DNA of 64,000 nucleotides from Octopus bimaculoides. Lineage: Eukaryota. The number at the start of each line of letters is the position of its first letter. The first letter of the stretch is position 1. The translations under genes were made by a program, and so were the position numbers. Location of the stretch: positions 91,451,360-91,515,359 of the forward strand of contig NC_068986.1 of the NCBI RefSeq assembly GCF_001194135.2, in the 5' to 3' direction. The notes below the pieces were generated by a model. It was not told where the DNA came from and ran no database searches. It saw nothing but the letters and a program-made list of their open reading frames with translations. This document shows, piece by piece, positions 36,582-50,478 of the stretch.

Positions 36582-38180
36582 GGTGTTGGAATGTGTGCAG
36601 AAGGTAAAAGGAAGTTGTGTGATGTTAATATCACATTGTTACTGTTATTTTTTATATCACGAAGACAAGGGATAGTATACCAAATTTTGGCTGCTGCAGT
36701 TTTTGTTGTTATTGTTTGAACTGTTCTTACTGTTGTTTACTGCCAAGTCAGTTTTAATTGAGGGTATCTTCGATATAGGTAGTCTAAGTGCGATTGATAG
36801 ATCAATTATTCCAGATGAATTTTGGCTCAACAACGTTAGCCACTATGGTTTTCCACTCTGGCATGCAGTGGTTAATTGCATGGCGCACCATGTAGAATTC
36901 TGAGGCAAATTATTTACCCCCACTATACTGCTCAATTTGTGTTTATACAGCTGTTATTAGTATTATCAAGCATCAGGTCAACCTAAACCGAGGACCAGAG
37001 ACAGAGTAGCGAGAGTAGCATAAGATAGTCACCTCAATTTCAAGGACTTAGCGCTAAATTCATGCAAGCTTTCAACTGCGATTCAGTGGTTCTGCTTACG
37101 CTGTCTTATAGTACAGTACAACCTTCATATATAAATGATTGATTCATAATTCAGAATATTTCCGAGATCCAATACATTTAAAATTAAACAAATTACAATA
37201 ATCAAATAGACGGATGCTAATTAATACACTTGCCATCCTATTTCTCTGCTTCGTTGAATTAAACTTGTCATGCAATAATTGAGATTAATTGTTATTTTTC
37301 TCATAAATGTGATCGGTTCGACGGATCAGATTATTACTAATATATTACAGACACTCTAATGCTAACCATCACTATTAAATCAAATCAGAAATTTTAAGCA
37401 GTTAAGAAATATTTCCTGGTGTACAATTTCGACTTCGACCCAAAGTCATTAAGCAAAATACAGCAGATATAACAAGTTATATCAATATATTATCAGAGTT
37501 GCATTTTTAATATTAGATCACAAAAACAAATTTACATTATATTAGAGATGCATATAAAAGGGAGAATATTTAGCTTGTGCACCATTGTTACTTAATTAGT
37601 GAATTCGTGTAATATCGTAGCATTTAAGCATTTCCACGTTTGGTTTAAAAGGAAATCAGGATCAATAGAAAAAGAGATTTAAATTCTCCACAAAGGAATT
37701 TCCTTGGCTTGAATTATTACCATAAAAATTGTTAACGTCAGCATAAAATGAGGAGAATTGGTTGGTTAGGAGGGGTTGTGGGTTGTAGGTTTCTGGAATA
37801 TTGGAGATGTTACTAGACATTCGTTTATAAAGGTCATTTTATGTTGGATTGAAATTTCAGATCTTTGAGAAGTAGAAGCCTTGAATTTTCTAATGAGTGG
37901 AATCTATGATGAGGGCCGGAATGCTGATTGTGTCTCGGTGTCATTCCCAGGTTTAACCTTCTAAACGTTTCAAACATGTTGGCTAGCAAGTAAATATCAA
38001 ATTTGAGGTAAAATATTGTATCTCTGTCGATCCTCTCCACTATCACCATCATACTAGGTGTTCTCTATACATTGGTCCTTCAAATCTGCATGGATGGAGT
38101 ACACATCACGCAAACCATCAGTGACTGGCTGGTGTACCCTCACCCTGTGGAAACTGGTCATTGAAAAATGTAGTTGCATG

Positions 38181-38181
38181 C

Positions 38182-38212
<31 letters not shown>

Positions 38213-38226
38213 TAATAATAATAATG

Positions 38227-38300
<74 letters not shown>
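38181..38300. repeat. (AAT)n microsatellite with GAT interruptions
   Basis: Direct reading. Confidence 0.95.
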
Positions 38301-38302
<2 letters not shown>

Positions 38303-38510
38303 TTTCAAATTTTGGCACAAGGCCAGGAATTTGGGGGGAGGGTGCTAGTCGATTATATCGACCCCAGTGTTCAACCGATACTTAATTTATTGACTCCCGA
38401 AAGAACGCAAGTCGACCTTGGCGGAATTTGAACCCAGAATGTGGAGACAGACGAAATACTGCTAAGAATTTTGCCCAGCATGCTAACGATTCTGCTAGCT
38501 CACCACCTTA
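38300..38510 (-). mobile_element. SINE family B (another reverse copy at ~38870-39095)
   Basis: Reverse complement of head, core and tail. Confidence 0.85.
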
Positions 38511-39339
38511 GTAATGATGATGATGATAAAAGTCTATAAAATAGCTAAATTTTAGTTCAAGCTAAGATGAAGATGTCTAGACTATGTTTCAACTGTACCT
38601 CTGACAGCATCACTGAATGCAAAGGGAACCTTTTCTATTTCCCACACACAAGGTTTTAGTTGTTCATCAAGATTTAGTGGAGTGGAGTGGAGTTTAATAA
38701 CTGAAAAAAGGTGAGGAATCTATTAGGTCAACATGAAGAAAGTTCCTCACTGAAACAAGTCTTTAATTTGACTGTTGATGTTGAAAAACAAAGGTTTACC
38801 TGTCAAATTCCAACTTATGAAAGAAATAGAGACTGATCAAAAGTATTGACGCACACTTTTGATGCAAAATATTGGTTTCGATTTTTGGCACAAGGCCAGT
38901 TATTTTTTTTACAGAGAATGGGGTGTCAGTCAATTACATCAACTGCAGTACTCAATTGGTACTTATGTTTTTGACCCTGAAAGGATGGAAGGCATAATCT
39001 ATCCCGGCAGCATTTGATATCAGAATGTAAAGTCAGAAGACATGCCACTAAGCATTTTGTTTGGTGCAGTAATGATTCTGTCACCTCGCCATCTTGCTTT
39101 TAGTGCAAAATATTGAACTTGTGAAGTTTTCTAGTGGTATGAAGCCCTTCGTTTCATTGTAGTGATGAAATTTTTGATTCTCTTCATAATGCGAATTACT
39201 TGGAGTTGTTGAATTACAGCCTGAATTTGATATTTTTCTGGGGGCAGCATCAAATATAATATAAGCAACATCATATCTATTTATAAGAAGCATCATACCT
39301 ATTTATAAGCAACATCAGTCGTACCTATTTAAAACAAGA

Positions 39340-41225
39340 TGTGAAGAATTTGTCAGACTGGATTTAGAGTACTAGAGGACATAATGTATGAAGTGAAGAA
39401 ATGCAAGTATTTTCTTCCTTTGGATTCTACTCCATATATAACCAAATATATCTACTGACTGTGACTGTTTTGACCAAATGATAGATTTGTGCAGTTTTTA
39501 TTTTTTATAAAGAAGGCCATAATGTTGAATAGTTTGCTTAAAATTTACTTGATCTTTTTAAAAGTAAATGGCATTGATATAAAATATGCTGTGGTCCAAT
39601 TTATGATGCCTTCGATATAAATGGTAGATATATTGGCTTACAATCATGTATTAAAGAAATTAATGCATTTACAAATTATTCTCCGTTTTGAACACTCATT
39701 ACATTTAGTTATTAAATGTATTATTGAATTTGTCGGGAAATATTCATTTTCTTTGAATCTGCATAATGCCTGGGCACATTTTTTTATGATTCTACCCATC
39801 AATGGGATCCCTTTTCTATTGCCTCATCTCATGAAGATGCTCGTTAATTGATTGTGAAAAGAATATCAGACATCAGGGAGTTGGCTTGTGCAGATGCAGC
39901 ATGAACACTTTGACAGCTTTCCCACAATAAAACAAGGTTTCAAGTAATGTTTCATATAACAATATCAACACAGACTCATGCCTAATTTCAACTGCAATGA
40001 AGTTGGGAACTGGAATAATAATCATATTATGGAATCAAATATTACATGATTTTTCAAATAATCAGTATCTCTGTAACTTTTTATTTCAACATTCTATTAA
40101 TCTTTGCACGGATATATTCAAACCATGTGGTTCACTTTTTCAGACACTGACTAAAAGCAAAAAAAAAGAAAAATATATTTTAAAATTGCAGGCACAGGAG
40201 TGGCTGTGTGGTAAGTAGCTCGCTTACCAACCACATGGCTCCGGGTTCAGTCCTACTGCGTGGCACTTTGGGCAAGTGTCTTCTACTATAACCTCGGGCC
40301 GACCAAAGCCTTGTGAGTGGATTTGGTGGACGGAAACTGAAAGAAGCCTGTCGTATATATGTGTATATATATATGTATGTGTGTTTGTGTCTGTGTTTGT
40401 CCCCCCCCCCCACCATTGCTTGACAACCGATGCTGGTGTGTTTACGTTCCCGTAACTTAGCGGTTCGGCAAAAAGAATAAGTCCTGGGGTCGATTTTCTT
40501 GACTAAAGGCGGTGCTGCAGCATGGCCGCAGTCAAATGACTGAAACAAGTAAAAGAGTAAGGATCTGACTGAATGTGAAGATTATCACTAGCAAACTCAA
40601 AGAGAAATACATGAAATCATATAATAATTTCAGTGGTTCCAACCCTCGTGATCTTTTTGAACCACAAATGCCTTTTCAAATGATTAAAATTAGAATGTTT
40701 CTTGTTCTTAATGATAGCTTGCTTTTTACTATGTTAAAACAACAGAAAATGTATGAAAAGGTGGATGGATTATTTAGATTATTCCTTTATCAATTACAAA
40801 TGCTCAAAGTTGGAAGAATTATAAAGAGGTTATCACATCTTACCAAATCATATCTGGAAGAAAGTCTTGGTAAAGAATTTGGCAAGTTTACTCTACTATT
40901 TAAAACTGACCTTGCTTCTCATATTGATACATCACAAAACCTTTTAGGCTTAACAGTTTTACTACCTGGCAATTGACAATTCTTTGTAGTTTTTTCTGTT
41001 TTTTTTTACAAAAGTGGAAAACACACTGCACATCAATTTGTCATTCATGATTATTTTTGAACCTGAAAAGGACTTAGAATGAACTGAGGAGCACCCACCA
41101 TGGGTAAAAACATCAAACGATTTCACTGTGATAAGCAATGAACATGAATTTCTGTGTGTATTACACATTTCCAGTTTTATCAACAGATTTGTACATGCTA
41201 AATCTAGAAAACGTAATTTTTAAAT
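39340..41225 (+). pseudogene. Decayed hAT (ZMYM1-like) transposase interrupted by a SINE C insertion
   Basis: EVKKCKYF…DSTP, YDA…NGRYIGLQSCIKEIN…HSLHLV, LKRT*NELRST, NDFTVISNEHE…FINRFVHAKSRKRNF* follow hAT catalytic-domain then dimerisation-domain order. Confidence 0.8.
40191..40560 (+). mobile_element. SINE family C, full length
   Basis: ggcacaggagtggctgtgtggtaag…gaaacaagtaaaagagtaa. Confidence 0.9.
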
Positions 41226-41261
41226 TGTAGTTTACTATATGTTTTAATATTGATGTATATT

Positions 41262-41480
41262 AAGACGGTGAGCTGTCAGAAACGTTAGCATGCCAGGTGA
41301 AATGCTTAGTGGTATTTTGTGTCTTTATGTTCCGAGATCAAATTCCGTCAAGGTTGACTTTGCCTTTCATCCTTTCAGGGTTGATAAATTAAGTACCAGT
41401 TGTATACTGGAGTTGATCTAATCGACTGGCCCCCTCCCCAAAAATTTTGGACCTTGTTCCTAGAGTAGAAAAGATTGTTG
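41262..41480 (+). mobile_element. SINE family B
   Basis: Head, core and ggccccctccccaaaa tail. Confidence 0.85.
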
Positions 41481-42906
41481 TATATGTGTTTTTCAGCATG
41501 GTTTTATGGCTGGCTGGATGTCCTTCTTTTCACCAACCACCTTACAGCATGGATTACGTGCATTTTTATGGGCTGCTAGAGAGATTTTCCTTGGTAAGAG
41601 TAAGGAACCCTCTCTTCCACTCTGTATTAGTTTTTGTTCAAAGTAACTCTTTTCAAAGATATGTCACAGTCACTTCTGTTGTGGAGTCTACATCTCCTTT
41701 GTGAGAAACAAAACGTCTATTGGCAATAAATGAGAAACTCACAATATCTCTACTCTGTTTAAAGGTTCATATTTGTATCAATAGTCATTTCTAATACCTG
41801 ATGTCTCAATGGTCAACCAGTTAGAATCAGTAACTAAAGTTCCTTCAAAGCAGTCTCTACGAACTAAAAAAATAATAATAATGATGATAATAATACAAGA
41901 TGTTAGACAATAAAGTCTTAGATACGCTGTGTCTTGACTAGAGATGGAATGGTCATAATTAGACAATCCTTGGTCCTAGATTTGTACAATGACTATCCAC
42001 AAAGTGGGCTCTGTAACACTTATATAAGCGTCTTACAAAGCCTTCAAAATACTCACATAAACACCAATAAACATTTATAAACAATCTGGAAAAATGCATA
42101 ATCATCACAACTCCCTTTTTTCAACTCTGTCAACTCTTCATTTGTCAGTTCTACTGCTATCAGCTATTGACTTCATCTACTTTAGAATGAAACCATTTTG
42201 CAATTGCTATGATTTTTCCATGAATGTCACTCACAACACTGTCAACATAAAGACCTTTGAAAGCATTCACATTTTCAACATATTTTTTCCAATACCATTT
42301 ATGGATTCTTTCATAGTTCACTCCTTGGCTTTAACAATGTTCTTAATTGCATTAAAAATATTGCACCATTTCCAAAACTCATGGAGCAAAGTCTACTGCA
42401 TCAATCAATAGAACAAAGATTATTTGCTGGTAGTTATTCTTTGCAAATGTCCATAGACTTCCAATCCATGTGTTGGCTCTTCCGATTGAAATTAATGAAA
42501 TGCTGTATTGTTATGAATCTTTATCTAAAATTAATATTTTGAATGCAATTTTCTTTTACTTGATGAAGAAACTATACAAGAACTAATCTTCAAAGATGTT
42601 TCATTATCCAAGCTTTTTTTGTTGTTGTGGTAGACAACAGTCAGTGTGTGTTTGTTAACAATCAGAAAACTCAAAAACACATGAGTTTCTACATTGATAA
42701 ACAAGAATTGGCTTTAGTATAGTTGAAGATCTTCACCACATTTTTTCCAAGAAGAAGAGTCACACAATCTTTAATTGCCTTGAAACTGAGCAAGGTTTTT
42801 GCCTCTCAATGTATGTAGGGCTATTCAGGCATGTGCTTCCAATATAAGCTAGTTTCTTTGACATTAGATATTTGTTCTGGCAAATATTTTGCATTAACAG
42901 TAGTGT

Positions 42907-43140
42907 GGAGATGTGTGGCTTAGTGGTTAGAGTGCTAGACTCATGATCATAAGACTGTGATTTCAATTCCTGGACTGGGCAACGCATTGTGTTCTTGAGC
43001 AAAACACTTCATTTCACATAGCTCCAGTTCACTCAAATGGCAAAAATGAGTAATTCCATGATGGACTGGTGTCCTGTCCAGGTGGGGAATATATACGCCA
43101 TGAAGCTGGGAAACCGGCCCCTATGCATAAGTATGACTTG
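42907..43140 (+). mobile_element. tRNA-head SINE with a V-domain-like segment (reverse relative at ~46935-47115)
   Basis: A box TGGCTTAGTGG. gatggactggtgtcctgtccagg (43060-43082) resembles the V-SINE core as I recall it. Confidence 0.65.
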
Positions 43141-43455
43141 AGAAGGTAACTTTACAAACAGTAGTTCTTTAAATGTAGTTGAACCTTCAACATCAGAACT
43201 TGCTGCCTTGGCACTTACCTTTACATTGCAAAAATTCTGACATTTTTTGAAACATTCAAACCATCCATTATCTGCTACAAAAGTTTGTGTTAAGGGGACC
43301 ATTGACTAGTTCCCCTTTCAAACAAGCTCTTTGCTTTATCTATGTAGTTAAAAACACTGAGTGGTATATATATATTTTTTTACTTTGGTTCACTCCTGCC
43401 TCTGACATCCATGTAACTAAGAATTTTCCCAATTCCTCAATTACATCTTTGTTAG

Positions 43456-43760
43456 TATGTGTGTGAGAGAGAGTGTCTGAGTGTGGGTGTGTATGTGTGA
43501 GTTTGCGTGTGTGTGAGTGCGTGTGTGTGAATGTGTGTGTGTTTGTGAGTGTATGTGTGTGTGTGAGTGTGTGTGTGTGTGTGTGTGAACATGTGAGTGT
43601 ATGTGTGTGAGTGTGTATATGTGTGTGTGTGCGTCTGTGTGTGTGAATGTGTGAGTGTATGTGTGTAAGAGTGTCTGTGTGTGTGAGTGAGTGTGTGTAT
43701 GTGTGTGTGTGTGTGCACACGTGTGTGTGCATGTGTGTGTGTGTGTGTGTGTGAGAGAGT
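43456..43760. repeat. Degenerate (GT)n microsatellite
   Basis: Direct reading. Confidence 0.95.
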
Positions 43761-45421
43761 AAGAACTGTAGATTTAATAGCTATAGATGTCTTCACAGCA
43801 TCAGAGATATGATATATATATCCTTTTTGATGGTGGAGATCCATTGCTCAGGACAAACTGAAATACCTCTAAGCACTCGGACAGATTTTCTTCTGTGATG
43901 GATTATTACCTTTAAATTTGGTTACAAAACTCTTCTGTTTTTCACTACCCACTAAAGTCACGTATTAGAATAATTTTTGTAGGTTAAGGAACATAAACAA
44001 AATAGCTGAGAAGCAAAATCAAAATGAATGATGCAGGGGGTAGTGGTGAAATGTGAGCTAGAAAATATGAAATTGGCAGTACCCTCAGCATCTCAAAGTT
44101 ATTTATACTGTAGCACTTACACTCATCCTCATTGGAGAATAGTGGAACAATGAAAAATTGTGACTAAAACTATTGTCAGGAAGTACACACACACACACTT
44201 CTGTCTCTTATATATACATATATATTTTTATGTATATATTATAAGAAACAGAAATGTGTGTGTGCATTTATATATATTTACATACACATACATTTGCCTC
44301 TTTTGTATATGTATAATATATTATATATACTGCCTCTTTATTACTTCAATAATGATGCTTACATGTGTGTGTGTGTAATAATAGGCAACTACTTCAATGC
44401 TTTGTCAATGTCAACATAGCATTAGAGACATTTTTCTTATAGAGAAGGAAAAATGGCTCAGCAATTTCACACCCCCTCACTTCTGCTTAGAGAAAGCTTT
44501 CACTAAGATTAAAGAGAGCAAATATATGTACACATCATATTGCTGAGCTGACGACTTAAATTCCTTTGAATTTAGGTCAGTATTAGTTCTGCACAATGCA
44601 ACAGGTTACTTCTCAGGATAAAAACTTTAAAAAAAGTAAGAAAACTTCATTAGTGCTACCACCATCTCTAGCTGAGGAAGCCTAAATATAGTCATTTGAT
44701 ATATTAGATAAAGCAACGAAATTTCCCTCAAATAACACCATTTAAAAAGTGACCAACAAGATGATATTGTCATAGATACACTGTGTTTAAAATGTAAGAT
44801 ATCTTGCTCATGGCTAAAACCATCTTTGCTCATAGGTTTGCTAGATCTGAGATAAAATAAACACCAGAACAGAGGTTGCAATGAATTCTCCGTTCACTTC
44901 CCCTTCCTACCTCTGTGATGTCCTCGCATCTCACTATCATTCATCTCTGTCAATTGTCTCTATCGCTCATGCTATCTCAGTCATTCAGGTAACTCATTTC
45001 TATTATTCATCTCTCTCACACATTTCCATATCACTTACATTACCTCCATTCTCCCTCTTTTCAATTCACTTCACTATGTTGCTCATATAGCTAGATACAG
45101 TAACATAATTGCTTGAACCCCTTATTTCTCTGACATCTGTCCTCCCTCCAATCGCCCTCTTGCTTTGGATCTGCATGTATTCTACCACCATGGTATTCAT
45201 CTTATCTCTGTCATCCATCAAGATGCATATGCATGAGGAATAGGAACAGATTTGTTCATATACAGCACATCCTGCTAACAACCTTACTGTGCTACCAACC
45301 ATCAATCACCCTTTTCCAGACCATCTGTTAGTGGCATTCATCAAGCTCTCACATCATTGTCTATCTCTATTACCATCCATCACTCAATCTCTCTCTCATA
45401 CCAGCTAACATGTAGCTGCCA

Positions 45422-45680
45422 TTAAGGCTGTGAACTGGCAAAATTATAAGCACACCGGGCAAAATGCTTAGCAGAATTTCGTCCGTCATTATGTTCTGAG
45501 TTCAAATTTCTCTGAGGTCAGATTTACCTTTCATCCTTTCAGGGTTGATTAAATAAGTACCAGTTGAGTACTGGGGTTGATTAAATAAGTACCAGTCGAG
45601 TACTGGGGTTGATGTAATCGACTTATCTCTTCCCCCAAAGTTGCTGGTGTTCAGTCAAAATTTGAAACCAATATATAGCT
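45422..45680 (+). mobile_element. SINE family B with a short internal tandem duplication (~32 bp)
   Basis: gggttgattaaataagtaccagtYgagtactg occurs twice (~45542-45605). Confidence 0.8.
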
Positions 45681-46035
45681 GCCATTATTATCTCTCCCAG
45701 TATTGTCACTCCCATTATACTCTTGCTTTTCTCACTCATTCACTCAGGTTACATTATTATTACATCCATTTCTGTTTACCCCCCCTTTCATTATGCTTCC
45801 TTGAACACATGGACACACTGCAGGATCCATAGAACCCTTTTGTCTTGTTTAAAGACATGTTAATCTCTCTAATGTAGGCTTCAAGAAAGAATGCACCAAG
45901 TACACTCTGTAGAGTAGTTAGTGTTAGGAATGGACATAAACTATAGAAATCCATGCAAAAGATTTAAATATGCCTTCTTTTCTCAAGTATAATAATTCAT
46001 GCAAAACTTTTTCTGAATTTTCTTGAAATTATTTC

Positions 46036-46298
46036 CCATGGGCACATGGCGTAGTGGTTAAGAGCACGGGCTACTAACCTCAAGATTCTGAGTTCGATTC
46101 CAGGCAGTGACCTGAATAATAATGATAATAATAATAATAATAATAATAACATCAAAAAATACCTTAGGAATGAGAACCCAGGTTCAAAATTTCCCAAGAC
46201 ACCTGATGAAGGCTGGAGGGTACATCAACTAAAACATTGTGTTAATAACAAACAAGATGAGGACAAATATCCATCAAATGTAAATAATATAAATAATG
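46036..46298 (+). mobile_element. Family E solo arm (tRNA-like head + AAT + degenerate hammerhead)
   Basis: A box 46047-57, B box GAGTTCGATTCC 46090-101, CTGATGA 46203-09. Possible 7-bp TSD ttatttc (46029-35, 46299-305). Confidence 0.8.
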
Positions 46299-46454
46299 TT
46301 ATTTCTCTTTCTTTCTTTAGAATCACTAACATTGCCATCCAGTTTTTATTTGCCATCTCCTACTCAGAAGGAAATTTCAAAAATTTAGAATTTACAATGT
46401 ACAGCTTTTACTAAAATTTTGCTGCCTTCATTATCATCATTTTCTTTTTGTTTA

Positions 46455-46925
46455 TCCATACTTGCATGGCTTTAATGGGTCCTCTGTAGCACAATGTCAT
46501 GCCAGTTGCCATAGTTCCTTGTCATCTCCTTTGTGAGGTGCCTCTTGAGATCAGTATTTATCGCTTTTTCCAATATCTTCTCTGGTCATCACCTTCTGCA
46601 AGTTCTTTCTACTTAGATCACTTGGGAATTCTTTATGCAACTGTCATCATCCATACACATCACTCTCCACACAAGTTCAGTCTTTACTCTTGTACACTAC
46701 ATCTAATCCCTGTTATATCCAGTTTTTTCTCTTGGAATTTTTGTGTTCCATTGATCATGAGCATTAACAATATATACATTCAGCAAAGCATGTTCACCTT
46801 ATTTATTTCTCACAGCCTCCTATATCCAGTGCCTACATTTTGCTACAATGCACATCTAGACAATACTATCTTGAGTCTTAGGGCTTGCAGGGCTAGTTAC
46901 ACATTTTCCATGGTGTTTAAATGAC
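46455..46925 (-). pseudogene. RTE-type LINE 3' end relic
   Basis: VMCMDDDSCIK…VERTCRR**PEK…DLKRHLTKEMT resembles the RTE C-terminus (GRPRKTW). The 3' end 'catgcaagtatgg' resembles the family D tail. Confidence 0.6.
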
Positions 46926-47111
46926 TGTGATCACCACATTCTCCTGAACGAGATGCCAGTCCATCACAGGGTACTCATTTACGGCTGAGTGGACTGGAGC
47001 AATGCGAAATGAAGTGTTTTGCCAGGAAACACAATGCACTGCTCGATCTGAAAATTGAAACCTCAATCTTGTGATCATGACTGCAACACCCTAACTACTA
47101 GGTCATGCACC

Positions 47112-47147
<36 letters not shown>

Positions 47148-48024
47148 ACATACAGTCTGTGATTTACTCAGAGACAAAATTCTTTTGTCGCCAGCAGTGG
47201 TAATAGCTTCCTAAATGTCTTCCACTCTATTCTTACTCTGGTTACTATGCTTTCAAACATTCTCCTCTACTGCTAATTAGGTTATCTGGATGATGAAAGC
47301 TATTGATTAGCTCTTTCTATGAATCCCTCTAACATTTGAAATAATTTATTTAATGGGTGCTCTTATCGCTGACTACTCCTGTTCATCTCCTAGATACAAA
47401 ATTCTTCTTCCCTTTCAGCCTTCTTGTGATCCCATTGCATCTCTTGTGCATACTTAATTTACATTCAATACACTGGAATTTCTACCAATAATAACTGGTA
47501 CACTTAGTTTTGTGAGTAAATGCCTAAGTGACAATCTAGGTAAGCTAGGGTTGTCAGAAAGAGAAATCAACCAACTAACTTGCATATATTTTTACTGTTC
47601 CACTTGCATACAACCTGTAAGTGGAACAGAAACAATATTTGACTTTTCTCAAGTTTAAAATATGACATTGCTTTTGTAATCTACATTCCAATGATCTTCG
47701 TTAAAAACCAGAGGGAGGATTTAGATAATTAAAAATCATATAACACTATAAATACCAGGCTGCTGGTATTTATAGAGTGTTAAACACTTTTAGTGTGTAA
47801 ATTAGGAACTCTTTCATAGAGTAACTGTTGCATTTGTTGAGTATGTAAACAGTTTGGCTGCTTGTTTTTCTGGAGATTGTCAAAGTGATGTGAATACCTT
47901 TGATGAGAACCCAATAAGGTTTGAAAATCGATTAAGGTTGTTCATTTTTTTTTCTTTTCAGTCTGTGGAGAAATGGCTAAAATTTGCCCTGTTTATACCA
48001 TATGTTACATATACAGAACATACA

Positions 48025-48180
48025 TACATCATCATCATCATCATCATCATCGTTTAACGTCCGCTTTCCATGCTAGCATGGGTTGGACGATTTGACTGAG
48101 GACTGGTGAAACCGGATGGCAACACCAGGCTCCAATCTTATTTGGCAGAGTTTCTACAGCTGGATGCCCTTCCTAACGCA
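48025..48180 (-). mobile_element. Retroposon family D (further reverse copies at ~48700-48790 and 48812-49160)
   Basis: (CAT)n-cgtttaacgtccgctttccatgctagcatggg…. Confidence 0.85.
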
Positions 48181-48632
48181 TATTTAGGAATTTAATCTTT
48201 TAGCATTCAGATTATTCTGTCAAGTGTAATGTTTATTTATTCCTATTATTTTAAATTAATTTCACATTATCTTGTAGCTTTGAGATATCAATGATGTGGT
48301 TGTCTATTTTAAGAATGACATTCCAAGGTGGATGTGAAAGACCAGACCTGACCAGTTTAAACATTCAACCGGCAGAATATTTTGGATGGACATGGCCAGT
48401 TTAAACACTAAAATGTTAAATAATTAAAAACAGAAGGGAACACACAAACACACACACACACACAAATGGATGAAGCTTGGTGACAGGAAGCATGTGTTGT
48501 CAGCAAATATGACTCAATAAATTCCATCTGACTCATGCAAACGGAAAAATGAGCACTAAATGATGATGATGATGATGATGTGTGTGTGTGCATGTGCGTG
48601 TATGTGTGTGTGTTGCATGTGCGTGTATGTGT

Positions 48633-48666
<34 letters not shown>

Positions 48667-49163
48667 CTGTGTGTGTGTGTGTGTGTGTGTAATATTATCA
48701 CCGTCATCATTATCATTTAATGTCTGTTTTCCATGCTGGCATGGGTTGAACAGCTTGACAGAAACTGGGAAGGCCAGGGGCCACACCAGGTTCCATATAT
48801 ATGTATATATATCATCATCATCATCATCATCGTTTAACGTCCGCTTTCCATGCTAGCATGGGCTGGATGATTTGACTGAGGACTGGTGAAACCGGTTGGC
48901 AACACCAGGCTCCAATCTAATTTGGCAGAGTTTCTACAGCTGGATGCCCTTCCTAACGCCAACCACTCAGAGAGTGTAGTGGGTGCTTTTACGTGTCACC
49001 CGCACGAGGGCCAGTCAGGCAGTACTGGCAACGGCCACGCTCAAAATGGTGTCTTTTATGTGCCACCCGCACAAGAGCCAGTCCAGGGGGCACTGGCAAC
49101 GATCTCACTTGGCTTGCCGGGTCTTCTCACGCACAGCACATTTCCAAAGGTCTCGGTCATACA

Positions 49164-49216
<53 letters not shown>

Positions 49217-50213
49217 TTGTACAGGCATACACACATACATATATATATACAAGAATAGATGAAAGGTGTGTATGTGTGTGTGTGCATGTAGATGTGTGTG
49301 TAGTTTGAGATAGACCTAAAAAAATGGGATGATCATGGATGGGATGTCTTTGATCATAGGTCTGCACAACCAGGTCTGACTTGGGGTGCTAATCTACATC
49401 AATAACTATATAACAGAAAACAAAGGAGTGGGGCTGAAAAAATAGCATAATTGATATTTCTTTAAATTTCTGTCTAAAATGGTCACCAAATTCTACGAGG
49501 TGTGCACAACTGACCGCCCATCTATCTGCATTGCAGTACAGTTTGGTAAACTACTCTATATCAGATCAAAGCATGACTGCAGTAAGTAATAAAGATTGCT
49601 AAAAAAATAGAAATAAAAATCATTACAAATGCCTTATAAGTGATGTTTAATAAACAGGAACTCTGTAGAGGCTTATTGCATACACACACACATACACACA
49701 CACACACACACACACAGATGCACACACACACCACACTCCCCATACACACACACACATATATACACGATGATGAATGATGATATATATATATATATATACA
49801 TACACACATATACAAACACACACAATGCACATGTGCACATTCATGCACACACACATGTACACACACATGCACACACACAAAACACTAACAACACAAATGC
49901 ACTCACACACATATATACACGTACATAAATAGGACTCTGTGTGTGTGTGCGTATTTGTGTTTGTGTATTTCTTGAAGATCAGGGTAGACACTTTGTGCCC
50001 TAAACTAAAATAAATCTTGAAAGGATCAAAATTCATGCAAACATAACTATTTGCTTGATAGAGAGTGGTAACAGGAATACCCAATTAACCATTTTGTTAT
50101 TAACCAATCTGAAACTGCTTCTGGTTCCTGGTTCTACAACACAAATTTCCTCTTATAAAAAGATCTAAACCAAAACTATCCATCAGAATTTCATGTTAAT
50201 CTATGTTCCAAAC

Positions 50214-50478
50214 GGAGGCGCAATGGCCCAGTGGTTAGGGCAGCGGACACGCGGTCATAGGATTGCGGTTTCGATTCCCAGGCCAGGCATTGTGAGTGTT
50301 TATTGAGTGAAAACACCTAAAGCTCCACAAGGCTCCGGCAGGGGGATGGTGGCGAACCCTGTTGTACTCTTTCACCACAACTTTCTCTCACTCTTTCTTC
50401 CTATTTCTGTTTTGCCTGTAATTCAAAGGGTCAGCCTTGTCACACTGTGTCACGCTGAATATCCCCGAGAACTATGGT
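50214..50478 (+). mobile_element. SINE family A, 3'-truncated
   Basis: Matches the first ~260 bp of the 16488 copy. Confidence 0.88.

Larger units (their letters stand above)
42060..43900 (-). pseudogene. Tigger1-like (pogo) transposase relic interrupted by a SINE and a (CA)n tract
   Basis: EELGKFLVTWM, FVADNGWFECFKK…NVKVSAKAASSD, EFWKWCNIFNAIKNI, VELTNEELTEL. Confidence 0.75.

Noticed and set aside
40575-40976. 133-aa ORF as a functional gene
   Set aside because: It lies within a frame-shifted hAT transposase relic.
47806-47965. Open plus-strand frame (VTVAFVEYVNSLAACFSGDCQ…) and an acceptor-like tttttcttttcag at ~47961
   Set aside because: No recognisable homology and inconsistent splice geometry. 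It needs RNA evidence.
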